Below the pieces are notes generated by a model. The model made no database searches. It saw only the letters and a program-made list of their open reading frames with translations, and was not told the origin of the DNA. A stretch of 64,000 bases of DNA from an uncultured Desulfovibrionaceae bacterium (GTDB taxonomy: Bacteria; Desulfobacterota; Desulfovibrionia; Desulfovibrionales; Desulfovibrionaceae): positions 159 through 64,158 of the forward strand of contig CAYJLD010000002.1 in the NCBI GenBank assembly GCA_964371195.1, written 5' to 3'. The position numbers and the translations under genes were made by a program. This document shows positions 37,942-46,867 of the stretch, piece after piece; positions within the stretch are counted from its first letter, which is position 1; every line of letters starts with the position of its first letter.

Positions 37942-38544
37942 CTATGACACATCCTCCTGCCCAAGATATGAGCTCACCAATGCATCATAACGTGAAGTTT
38001 CTTCAAAGGTTTTTACTGCCATATTTTTACGAAATTCAAGGGCCACTTGCATATTATTTTTACGCATTTCACTCATGGCTTCGCGATAATACTTGCTCGC
38101 AGGCAAAACCAAAACACTATGATAATTTTTTGCTGCAGCCCTAAGCATACAAGGGCCACCAATGTCTATTTCTTCCACTGCTTGCAAAAGCGAAAGCTTA
38201 CGTTGTACGGCGCCTGCAAAATCATATAAATTGACACATACCAAATCAAATGGTTTGATACCCATATCAGAAATACTTTGCATATGTTCAACATTGTCCT
38301 TATCAGCCAAAATACCGCCATGCATATGTGGATGCAATGTTTTTACTCGCCCACCCAATATCTCTGGAAATCCTGTTACGGAACTTACTTGGGTAACTGG
38401 TAAACCTTCGGCCTCTAAAAATGCACAAGTACCTCCCGTGGAAACTAATTCCACACCATTTTCTACCAAAAAAATACCAAATTCCATAAGGCCAGTTTTA
38501 TCTGTAACTGACAATATAGCTCTCTTAACTTGCAATAATTCCAT
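37942..38544 (-). CDS. purH: IMP cyclohydrolase, stand-alone MGS-like N-terminal domain of PurH
   Basis: KRAILSVTDKTGL ... LVSTGGT ... FPEILGGRVKTLHPHMHGGILA ... DLVCVNLYDF matches the PurH N-terminal domain. The protein stops at 200 aa with no AICAR transformylase domain. Confidence 0.8.
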   Translation of the reverse strand: MELLQVKRAILSVTDKTGLMEFGIFLVENGVELVSTGGTCAFLEAEGLPVTQVSSVTGFPEILGGRVKTLHPHMHGGILADKDNVEHMQSISDMGIKPFDLVCVNLYDFAGAVQRKLSLLQAVEEIDIGGPCMLRAAAKNYHSVLVLPASKYYREAMSEMRKNNMQVALEFRKNMAVKTFEETSRYDALVSSYLGQEDVS

Positions 38545-38913
38545 ATATTTTCTCCTTATGAACTTTAATCACTACGCGCGTTTATCCTTGTATAAAATCA
38601 CTATTTATTACTGCATATTATTTCATATTATATATAATTAAAATCATACCTTAGTATATTAAAAAACATTAACACCGCAATCTTAAGATTAAACATAAAA
38701 AAATCAATTACGAAAATTATCACATGCTCTTCAAAATGCCAAGGTCGAAAATGCATGAGCATTTAGAATTTTTCTATTAATACATACTTTTCTAAATTTA
38801 TTTGAAGCAGAATACATTTTCAATCTTGGCATTTTTAGTAGTATATGATAGGAGACTGATGTTACATCGGTAATACTTTTTTATTAACCTGTACTTAAAA
38901 AGGAAATTTTGGA

Positions 38914-40476
38914 ATGAACGACAAACATGAAGGATATGTATTTGATATTCCATATGAAAGCCATTTTTATCGTGATTTAAACCCTAAACAAATTGAAGCA
39001 GCACTTTGGTTTTCCGGCTTAAGTCTACCCAAGCGCGAAGCTCATGAGCCTTTACGCTATTTAGAGCTTGGCTATGGTCAAGGCATGAGCTTAAATATAA
39101 ATGCAGCCACCAGCCAAGATGAATTTTGGGGTACAGACTTTAACCCCAACCACACTATCGCAGCACAAAACATTGCTAGGCACTCAGGTACAACTTGTAA
39201 TTTCTTAAATGACTCATTTGAAGAACTTTATGCCAAATCACAAGCTGGCCTATTACCTCAATTTGATATCATTGCCTTACACGGTGTTTGGTCTTGGATT
39301 AGCTCAGAAAGTCGAGATTATATTTTACATATTATTTCTCGTAACCTAAAAGTTGGTGGTGCAGTATATATTAGTTATAATTGCATGCCTGGCTGGGCTA
39401 ATTTTACTCCTTTACGTGATTTACTCACTTATCATGCTAAAACGCAAAATGCCTCTGCAAATACCCACACCAAGGTTAAAGAGGCCTATAGCTTTGCATC
39501 TAAACTTAAAGATTTTAATGCCCTATATTTTGCAACAAACCCAAGTGCCACTGCAAAGTTTAATAATATTGCTGATAAATCTATTTCATATATTGCGCAT
39601 GAATACTTTAATGAAGACTGGTATGTTCCGTACTTTAAGGATGTTGCTACCGAGTTAGAAAAAGCAAAGTGCATTTTTGCCACCAGCACAAGATTACTCT
39701 CAAGAGTTGACATGGCTTTACCTGCAGAACTACGTCAATATTTAGCTGAAATCAAAGATACAAATTTGCGTGAAACAGTGCGCGATTATGCCCTAAACAC
39801 CCAGTTTAGAACAGATATTTTTGTCAAAGGTTACATGCCACGTGTATCTCAAAACGAACAAGCCGACAATATTACTTTTGCTCTATGCACGCATAAAGAA
39901 GCCATTTCATATGAAATAAACGTACCTACTGGCAAATTACAACTTAAGGAAGAAGCCCACAAGCCTATAATAGAATTCCTTGCAAGTGATAATTACAAAC
40001 CTAAGAGCATTGAAGACATACAAAATGCACTGCCTGATTTAAACCAGCAGAATATAATGCAAAGTATTTATCTATTTTTTGCAGCTAATATTTTACATTT
40101 TGCTACTGATGCTGCCAATATTAAAGATGAGCAAAAAGATACCTCGCGTCGCTTTAATACTGCAATGCTAGCGCAAACCATGCGTGGAGCTTCTCCACAT
40201 ACTTTAGCTTCACCTGTTCTTGGTGGCGGATTTATGACCAATACCATAGAAATTCTTTTCTTAGCAGCCTTACAGCAAGGCCTAGAAAGTCAAACCGAGC
40301 GTTGCAAATGGGTATATGACATGATGCAAAAGCAAGGTCGTCATATGAAAAAGGAAGACGCAATTCTATCTGAAGAAGAAAGCATTACCAAACTACAAGA
40401 AATGATTACACAGTTTGAGAAAGAACGCCTACCCTTAGTACAAGCGTTAAATATTGAACTAAACTCATTGAATTAA
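38914..40476 (+). CDS. class I SAM-dependent methyltransferase with a C-terminal methyltransferase-regulatory-type domain
   Basis: YLELGYGQGMSLN (motif I) ... FDIIALHGVWSWIS ... LKVGGAVYISYN. The about 520-aa architecture resembles methyltransferase + regulatory domain proteins (memory only). Confidence 0.65.
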   Translation: MNDKHEGYVFDIPYESHFYRDLNPKQIEAALWFSGLSLPKREAHEPLRYLELGYGQGMSLNINAATSQDEFWGTDFNPNHTIAAQNIARHSGTTCNFLNDSFEELYAKSQAGLLPQFDIIALHGVWSWISSESRDYILHIISRNLKVGGAVYISYNCMPGWANFTPLRDLLTYHAKTQNASANTHTKVKEAYSFASKLKDFNALYFATNPSATAKFNNIADKSISYIAHEYFNEDWYVPYFKDVATELEKAKCIFATSTRLLSRVDMALPAELRQYLAEIKDTNLRETVRDYALNTQFRTDIFVKGYMPRVSQNEQADNITFALCTHKEAISYEINVPTGKLQLKEEAHKPIIEFLASDNYKPKSIEDIQNALPDLNQQNIMQSIYLFFAANILHFATDAANIKDEQKDTSRRFNTAMLAQTMRGASPHTLASPVLGGGFMTNTIEILFLAALQQGLESQTERCKWVYDMMQKQGRHMKKEDAILSEEESITKLQEMITQFEKERLPLVQALNIELNSLN

Positions 40477-40488
40477 TAATTTAAAGCA

Positions 40489-40516
40489 CTGCCCTCTATG
40501 TAAACATAGGGGGCAG
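40489..40516. terminator. hairpin between convergent genes (possible bidirectional terminator)
   Basis: CTGCCCTCTATG - TAAA - CATAGGGGGCAG. The flanking U-tracts are weak on both strands. Confidence 0.4.
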
Positions 40517-40580
40517 AAAACCAATTTAGTTATATCATTTTTTTAATGGCATCTTACATTACTTACATAAGAGCCATATC

Positions 40581-41231
40581 TTACTCAACGCTTTCTGCTT
40601 TTTTATTACGCTTTTTAATGTAGAGCACTACCACAGAAAATAATACCAAAACTACAATAGATACAATAAATGCTAAGGGATTATCTTTAACATTGGCTGC
40701 ACTATGCCCTAAATACACATACACAAATGTACCAGGAAGCATGCCAAGAAATGTAGCTATAGTATAGTGCAAATATTTTATCCCAATAATACCAGACAGA
40801 TAATTTACAGCACCAAAAGGAAAAACTGGAATAAGTCTAGCATACATCATAAATATAAAGGCATTGTCCTTAGCTTTTTTAGCAGCTTCGTCAACAAAGG
40901 AGCCAGATTTAAGACGTTTCGTTATAAACTCTTCACCTAAGAATTTTGCTAAGAAGTATGAAAGCTGACAACCAATATTAGAAGCAATAACAGTTAAAAT
41001 AAGCCCCCACCAAAATCCAAAAAAAGGCCCAGAAATTAGCGTAAAGGCCGAAGCTGGAAACAAAAAGGTTACAGAAACAGCATAAAGAACCACAAAAACA
41101 ATAGGCGCATAAGGTGAAGCCTTTATGGAGTCTAAAAACTCCAGCATGGCATCAACATTAAACACATCACGAAAATAAAACAAGAGTGCCGCAACAACTA
41201 AGATTATGCCAATAACAATAATTTTTTTCAC
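40581..41231 (-). CDS. TVP38/TMEM64 (DedA-related, SNARE-associated) family membrane protein
   Basis: 216 aa, multi-TM, with the pattern FPASAFTLISGPFFGFWWG ... ARLIPVFPFGAVNYLSGI typical of the family. Confidence 0.8.
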   Translation of the reverse strand: MKKIIVIGIILVVAALLFYFRDVFNVDAMLEFLDSIKASPYAPIVFVVLYAVSVTFLFPASAFTLISGPFFGFWWGLILTVIASNIGCQLSYFLAKFLGEEFITKRLKSGSFVDEAAKKAKDNAFIFMMYARLIPVFPFGAVNYLSGIIGIKYLHYTIATFLGMLPGTFVYVYLGHSAANVKDNPLAFIVSIVVLVLFSVVVLYIKKRNKKAESVE

Positions 41232-41234
41232 GAC

Positions 41235-42707
41235 TTACAACCTTTTTATTTTTTTTATAAATTCGCTACGCCTAATTTTTTCCATGCACTCACTACGCAC
41301 AATTTTTTTAAGTAAATCTTTTTGCCATGCCTTCGCTCTTGAAGCAAAGTCTTTATAGGCTATGGATTTAACAATTTCACCCTGAATAGGATATTGATAT
41401 ATCACAGAAAATAATGCTGATAGTTTCATTTTTTTGGTTACTAATAATGAAAGTATGGGGAGCATCTCTCCAGCTTTATCCCCCATGATAGTAGCTCCAA
41501 TTACACGTGCCCTTCTATCAAGAATAACCTTCACAAAGCCATGACGATCATTTTCAGCCTTGGCGCGGTCATTGGCATCGATGGGTAAAATTTGTGTAGT
41601 ATATTTAAGGCCTTTTTTACGCACCTCATCCTCTAAATATCCCACATGAGCAACTTCCGGTGCAGTATATGTTGTCCAAGCTATTTTGTAATAATCTGTT
41701 TTAAAAATAGGATAAAGTAGCGCGTTTTTAGCTACTATTTCCGCTTCATAAGAAGCAGTGTGTGTAAAGAGATAACCACCCTTCACATCACCGCAAGCAA
41801 AAACGTTAGGCACTGTGGTTTGTAAATACTCATTAACCTTAATATACCCACGCTTATCAACTCCAATCCCAACCCCTTTAAGGTTAAGATTTTTAGAATT
41901 TGGTACACGCCCAACGGCAATAAGCAGGGCATCAGCTGTTAAGTGTTCAACTTGGCCATTGCATTCGAGCTCAAATTTAATGCCATCCCCATCTGGTGCA
42001 ACACTTTTAATGCTAGTTTTAAAATGTAACTTAAGGCCGTCGTCTTCCAAAACTTTTTGCATTATTGGAGCAACTTCTGGCTCATCGCGCACAAATAATT
42101 TATCATCACGAATAATCATATGTGTTTCACTGCCAAGGTTAGCAAAACCCTGCCCAAGCTCAAGCCCAATGGGACCTGCACCTAAAACCACAAGTTTTTT
42201 TGGTAATACCTCAAGGTCAAAAATATTTTCATTGGTATAATATTTAATTTCATCAAGCCCATCTATTTCTGGCATGGCTGGACTTGAGCCGGTAGTAATG
42301 GCAATATTTTTTGTGCTATAAATTTTTCCATTTACCTTAACTTCATTGGCAGAAACTAGTTCACCATGCCCTAGTTCAACCTGCACCCCAAGACCAGTAA
42401 AACGCTCCACAGAGTCATGCGGAGCAATCTCTGCGATAACATCTTTAACTCTTTGCATGACAGCCTTAAGCGACACTTCTGGCTGTGCTGTTGTTATACC
42501 ATAATCTTGAGATGATTTAATTTGCTTGGCAAGATGCGCCGATTTAAGGAAGGTTTTGCTAGGTACGCAACCATAGTTTAAACAGTCGCCACCCATTTTA
42601 TGATTTTCGATAAGTAATGTCCTTGCTCCCATATTTGCAGCCACTGCCGCAAGAAATAGGCCACCACTGCCAGCACCAATAATTGCTAAATCAAAATCAT
42701 ATTTCAT
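41235..42707 (-). CDS. pyridine nucleotide-disulfide oxidoreductase (dihydrolipoyl dehydrogenase / mercuric-reductase-like)
   Basis: FAD motif IIGAGSGG, redox-active disulfide GGDCLNYGCVPSK, NAD motif VLGAGPIGLELG, ACGDV. Basic C-terminal tail. Confidence 0.85.
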   Translation of the reverse strand: MKYDFDLAIIGAGSGGLFLAAVAANMGARTLLIENHKMGGDCLNYGCVPSKTFLKSAHLAKQIKSSQDYGITTAQPEVSLKAVMQRVKDVIAEIAPHDSVERFTGLGVQVELGHGELVSANEVKVNGKIYSTKNIAITTGSSPAMPEIDGLDEIKYYTNENIFDLEVLPKKLVVLGAGPIGLELGQGFANLGSETHMIIRDDKLFVRDEPEVAPIMQKVLEDDGLKLHFKTSIKSVAPDGDGIKFELECNGQVEHLTADALLIAVGRVPNSKNLNLKGVGIGVDKRGYIKVNEYLQTTVPNVFACGDVKGGYLFTHTASYEAEIVAKNALLYPIFKTDYYKIAWTTYTAPEVAHVGYLEDEVRKKGLKYTTQILPIDANDRAKAENDRHGFVKVILDRRARVIGATIMGDKAGEMLPILSLLVTKKMKLSALFSVIYQYPIQGEIVKSIAYKDFASRAKAWQKDLLKKIVRSECMEKIRRSEFIKKIKRL

Positions 42708-42869
42708 AATAAGCCACGCAATAGTTAAGGTTAATCAACAATCAATATAACCGCAAAAATCTAATACAAGCCAAGAATATAGTATTTGAGTTTAAAATTC
42801 AAGACTTAGTATTTTTTTGTAGATTTTTGTGCAGTCAATATGTCGACTAACTTAATGCTGCTTATTATT

Positions 42870-43172
42870 TTATTCAAGCATGCTAAGTAAGCGTGCTACG
42901 CGCTCAGGGTCAATACCATTATGAGCATTTAGCATATCTTGAGAGTTATGCTGAACTTGCTCAAGAGCTAAACCAGCTTGGTCATCACTTAGCTGTGTTG
43001 GTCTTGGAGCAGCTTGACTTGGCAAGGCATGGGCTGCTTGGGCAGAAACTACCACACTGTCATGTGCGATAACGTCTTGATTTAGAATAGGAGTTGGAGT
43101 GCGAAATGCACTAAAGGCCGCTGTACGGTCTTGATTGACTGAAAATATTGGACGACTAATTTGCTGAGACAT
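42870..43172 (-). CDS. hypothetical 100-aa protein
   Basis: GGAG lies 8 nt upstream of the ATG. Low-complexity A/Q/P-rich sequence with no recognisable motif. Confidence 0.4.
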   Translation of the reverse strand: MSQQISRPIFSVNQDRTAAFSAFRTPTPILNQDVIAHDSVVVSAQAAHALPSQAAPRPTQLSDDQAGLALEQVQHNSQDMLNAHNGIDPERVARLLSMLE

Positions 43173-43282
43173 AAATCACTCCTTGTAAAAACGAGAATTC
43201 AACATGAAACTACTGTGCCGCATGCAAGAGCTGCAATATGGACAATTTTTCCATCCAATATTTCCAATGCAAATTAGATACC

Positions 43283-43325
43283 AAAAAAACCTACAAGCCT
43301 AACTTTTTACTGTTAGACTTGTAGG
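43283..43325 (-). terminator. Rho-independent terminator after the TPR gene
   Basis: On the minus strand, CCTACAAGTCTAAC - loop - GTTAGGCTTGTAGG followed by TTTTTTT. Confidence 0.7.
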
Positions 43326-43361
43326 TAATAATAAAAACAAATTTTAAATAGTCTTAAAAAA

Positions 43362-43988
43362 CTATTTTCTATGCGGCTTAAGGTCTTCTAAAAATTCATT
43401 ACGCACTTCAAAACCAAGAGCAATTGCTTTATCTGCAGCTTCCACAGAACGAGCAAACTCACCTAGTTCAAAAAAAGCTAAAGATAAATTATTCCATGCC
43501 GGAGCAAAGTTTGGCTCGCGCTTTATAACCTCATTACAAGCTTCTTCACAGGCCTTATAATCGCCTTGCATGAAATAAGCAGTGGCAAGCGCATTATGAG
43601 CTTGAATAAAGCCTGGCTCCCATTTTATGGCTTTTTTCAATGCAGAGATGGCCTTATCTGGCTCACCACGTTGCAAATGCACAAAACCAATATTACCCCA
43701 AGGCACAGGGAATTTAGCCCTACAATTAGCTGCTTCTTCATTATAACGTAAGCAACCATCCAAATCACCACGCTCAAGACAAATACCCCCAAGCTGAACA
43801 AAAGCCTCAGCCAAACGAGGAGAGTGACGTACCGCTGTCAAAAAACTATCTTCAGCACCAACGAAATCACGTTTGCTAAGTAAAGCTAGACCTAAGTTAT
43901 AATGATGATTAGCACATTGCTCGAATTTTTCAATTTCATGTTTTAAATCGGCAATATATTCATCAATGTCGTCATATGTTTTCTTCAT
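43362..43988 (-). CDS. tetratricopeptide-repeat (TPR) protein
   Basis: Consecutive 34-aa TPR-like units (HHYNLGLALLSKRDFVGAEDSFLTAVRHSPRLAEA, AHNALATAYFMQGDYKACEEACNEVIKREPNFAPA, and others). Confidence 0.75.
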   Translation of the reverse strand: MKKTYDDIDEYIADLKHEIEKFEQCANHHYNLGLALLSKRDFVGAEDSFLTAVRHSPRLAEAFVQLGGICLERGDLDGCLRYNEEAANCRAKFPVPWGNIGFVHLQRGEPDKAISALKKAIKWEPGFIQAHNALATAYFMQGDYKACEEACNEVIKREPNFAPAWNNLSLAFFELGEFARSVEAADKAIALGFEVRNEFLEDLKPHRK

Positions 43989-44379
43989 TTTTTATAAGTC
44001 CTTCCTTTTTAAGTAAGTCATGATACCAAAGGCAAAAATCAAAAATGCCCAAATATTTATCATCACGATTAACCACACCCAAGGCGCATTCCAAAGCCCC
44101 GCGCCCATAATCATTACTATAATGACCTTTTTGGGCCGCCACTTGCAAAAATTCTCGTACCAATTGCTGAGTTGTGCGTTTAGTAGCATCTAAACGAATA
44201 TCTAGAGGATCATTGGGTTTTTGAAATGGGTCCCAATTATCATAGCCAATACGATCAATAAACTTGCGCCGTCTTGGATGCATTTTTTCATAAATATTTC
44301 GTTTAATGGCTTCTTGCTCTTCTGTAAGGTTTTGAGGAGTACCATCACGAAAAACTGATGCAGGAATCATCTCAAGCAT
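43972..44379 (-). CDS. hypothetical protein (operon partner of the YkgJ-like and TPR genes)
   Basis: ORF 43972..44406. The ATG at 44379 (MLEMIPAS) avoids overlapping the upstream stop and has an AAGGA upstream. No family recognised. Confidence 0.45.
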   Translation of the reverse strand: MLEMIPASVFRDGTPQNLTEEQEAIKRNIYEKMHPRRRKFIDRIGYDNWDPFQKPNDPLDIRLDATKRTTQQLVREFLQVAAQKGHYSNDYGRGALECALGVVNRDDKYLGIFDFCLWYHDLLKKEGLIKNEENI

Positions 44380-44383
44380 AGAC

Positions 44384-45049
44384 TTATTCCTTTTTAGCAG
44401 CTCCAATACCTAAGTATTGTTCATTATAATTTGTCATCAAAGCCATAGACATGGGTACATATACTAAATGTAACTCTTTAAAACGGCTCTTTACAGCTTC
44501 TGCAATATCACGCGAAAGGCCATCTAGACGCTGCTGAATGGCATTCATATTTACAGTGGGATAATCATTTCCCTTACTAAATTTCGTTTTTCCACAAACA
44601 TGGCCCGTGCCATTTATATTTAAAGGAACACCATAAAGACGGCATGTTATAGGACGTTTTTCATAGAGCATACATCGTAAATCTGCATTGAGCAAAGGAC
44701 AAGGAAGGCGCAAGCGAGCTGCACTCTCCATTATATCTTCAGCAGGTTGTCCTGCTTTAGATGCACTATAAAATTCGCGCTTCATGCGCACAGCCTTACG
44801 ATCAAGCTCTGAGGCCAAAGTTAAAATATCAGAGCGCTCCTTGCCATAAGGAATAGTATTGGCAAAGGCCTGGTTTATATACATAGCCTCAACCAAAGAA
44901 AGATCAAACAAGGCATTGCAACAATCACTACAGCCAGGCTCACAAGTAACACATTCAGTATGCGCACCACGAATATGAGCAAAAATACTATCTACTTCAG
45001 CAACTAAGGCTTCATAGCGCACAAAAATATCAGAAAGGTCAGGTATCAT
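44384..45049 (-). CDS. YkgJ-family (UPF0153) cysteine-cluster protein
   Basis: N-terminal CVTCEPGCSDCC plus the later CPLL ... CMLYEKRPITCRLYG pattern. Confidence 0.7.
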   Translation of the reverse strand: MIPDLSDIFVRYEALVAEVDSIFAHIRGAHTECVTCEPGCSDCCNALFDLSLVEAMYINQAFANTIPYGKERSDILTLASELDRKAVRMKREFYSASKAGQPAEDIMESAARLRLPCPLLNADLRCMLYEKRPITCRLYGVPLNINGTGHVCGKTKFSKGNDYPTVNMNAIQQRLDGLSRDIAEAVKSRFKELHLVYVPMSMALMTNYNEQYLGIGAAKKE

Positions 45050-45162
45050 AAATAATTCTTCTAAAAATTGTTAATAAACCACTATGACAATACAAAAACT
45101 TAATTTCTAGCTACAAACTTATACCTAAAAATAACTGTGTAAACATGTAATTTTATTAGAAT

Positions 45163-45191
45163 GCCGTCGAGCGCACAAAACGCCCGACGGC
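45163..45191 (-). terminator. GC-rich hairpin downstream of the ferredoxin gene (possible terminator)
   Basis: GCCGTCGGGCG / CGCTCGACGGC on the minus strand with one mismatch. The U-tract is weak. Confidence 0.35.
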
Positions 45192-45310
45192 AATAAATCT
45201 GTTTGGGCCATAAAAGAAATAATACTTTTTATTCCATTGGCAATAGCCTACAAAAAAAATAAAGCTATATAATCAATATTCCTTCATAGGCCCCAAGAAA
45301 TTGTATCAAA

Positions 45311-45499
45311 TTACATTTCTTCTACAGAAACAGCACCAGTTTCACAAACCTCAACACAAGATTCGCAACCTAGACATTCATCTTCGTTTACTGGAGCGGA
45401 CTTGCCATCTTGAAGTTCATACACTTCTACAGGGCAAACGTCTATACATTCGCCACAGCCAGTACATTTGTCAGCGTCAACACTTACATTCCAACCCAT
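45311..45499 (-). CDS. 2x[4Fe-4S] ferredoxin (62 aa)
   Basis: CTGCGECIDVCP and CLGCESCVEVCE motifs. The ATG at 45499 is preceded by GGAGGA with a 4-nt spacer; the longer track ORF to 45565 lacks support. Confidence 0.85.
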   Translation of the reverse strand: MGWNVSVDADKCTGCGECIDVCPVEVYELQDGKSAPVNEDECLGCESCVEVCETGAVSVEEM

Positions 45500-45790
45500 T
45501 GTTTCCTCCAATGTTTGCTCAAGGTGATACATAGTATCCTTTAAGCATAATGATTTGATTTGCAAGATTTACAACCTTGCACGAAATGCATATCTTTAGG
45601 GCCTAAAGGTGTCAAGTCTTTGAGACAGTTTTTATTGTTTATGTGTAATATATAAAATATTTTACTGTAATATCAGCCAATTAAATAGATATTTTTTCAA
45701 CACAGTATTTGTGCAGTTGTCATTATGCTTTAAGCTGTGTAGAATAAAAAATATTTTCCATAAAAACATTAACGTACTTCAAAGGTAGCT

Positions 45791-46867
45791 ATGCAAAACG
45801 CACTAGACAAAATCATTTCAAACATCAAGCCTGTGAATTTTAACTTAAAACAAAATGCTCAAGCGCATTTAGACAATCTAACCAAACCCCAAGGAAGTCT
45901 TGCCCGCCTTGAAGAGTTGGCAGCACAAATTTATTGCATTCAAAATGCGCCAAATCAAATTGTTGTCGATAAGGCGCGTATGTTTACTGTGGCAGCAGAC
46001 CACGGCATAGTAGCAGAAAAAATTGCATCCTACCCCCAAGAAGTCACAAGGCAAATGGTATTAAATTTCTTGGCTGGGGGAGCTGGTATTAGCGTTTTAT
46101 GTAAGCTTAATCAAATAGATCTTAGTGTAGTTGATTCTGGATGTGTTGGTGGTCCATTTCAAGCCCATGAAAGTTTAATAGATTTGCGCCTTGGTGATGG
46201 CACTGCTAACTTTGCCAAAGAGCCTGCCATGAGTAGACAATTATGCTTAAAAGCCCTACATAATGGTTTTGAACTTGCTACAGATGCAGCAAAAAAAGGA
46301 TATAAAACCATTGGTATAGGAGAAATGGGCATTGGAAATACTACAGCTGCCACGGCTATTTTTTGTGCCATATTTAACCTTGACCCTAAGCATGTAGCGG
46401 GACCAGGGGCCGGAGCTAGTGCTGAACTGATTGCGCATAAAGCTGAGGTAATCAAGGAAGCTTTAAACTTACACAGCAATATACTGTCTAGTGGTGATGG
46501 TATTGATATATTGGCCTGCGTTGGCGGATTTGAAATTGCTACCATGGCTGGTATTATACTTGGTGCGGCACACAATGGCTGTATATTGGTTGTAGACGGT
46601 TTCATTTCCAGTGCAGCTTACGTGGCTGCAAGACATATATGTCCTGAGGTTGAAGGATACTGTATTCTATCGCACACATCTGCTGAACCAGGCTATACGC
46701 ACATATTAAAAGAACTAAATACTACTCCCTTACTAAATTTAGGCTTGCGCCTTGGCGAAGGAACTGGAGCAGCTATTGCTATACCTTTATTAAGGGCAGC
46801 GGCCACCATTTTTAATGATATGGCAACATTTAGTGATGCAGGTGTCACAGGTGAAACATGCCATTAA
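45791..46867 (+). CDS. cobT: nicotinate-nucleotide--dimethylbenzimidazole phosphoribosyltransferase
   Basis: KPQGSLARLEELA, TVAADHGI, GIGEMGIGNTT, and LGEGTGAAIA near the C-terminus. Confidence 0.9.
   Translation: MQNALDKIISNIKPVNFNLKQNAQAHLDNLTKPQGSLARLEELAAQIYCIQNAPNQIVVDKARMFTVAADHGIVAEKIASYPQEVTRQMVLNFLAGGAGISVLCKLNQIDLSVVDSGCVGGPFQAHESLIDLRLGDGTANFAKEPAMSRQLCLKALHNGFELATDAAKKGYKTIGIGEMGIGNTTAATAIFCAIFNLDPKHVAGPGAGASAELIAHKAEVIKEALNLHSNILSSGDGIDILACVGGFEIATMAGIILGAAHNGCILVVDGFISSAAYVAARHICPEVEGYCILSHTSAEPGYTHILKELNTTPLLNLGLRLGEGTGAAIAIPLLRAAATIFNDMATFSDAGVTGETCH

Noticed and set aside
42870-43172. Anti-sigma-28 factor FlgM
   Set aside because: Size and low complexity fit, but the C-terminus (..NAHNGIDPERVARLLSMLE) lacks the FlgM sigma-binding helix pattern I know. 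It is left as hypothetical.
45566-45790. Cobalamin riboswitch upstream of cobT
   Set aside because: The 225-nt leader is AT-rich, with no B12-box-like GCCACTG core and no GC-rich multi-stem structure.
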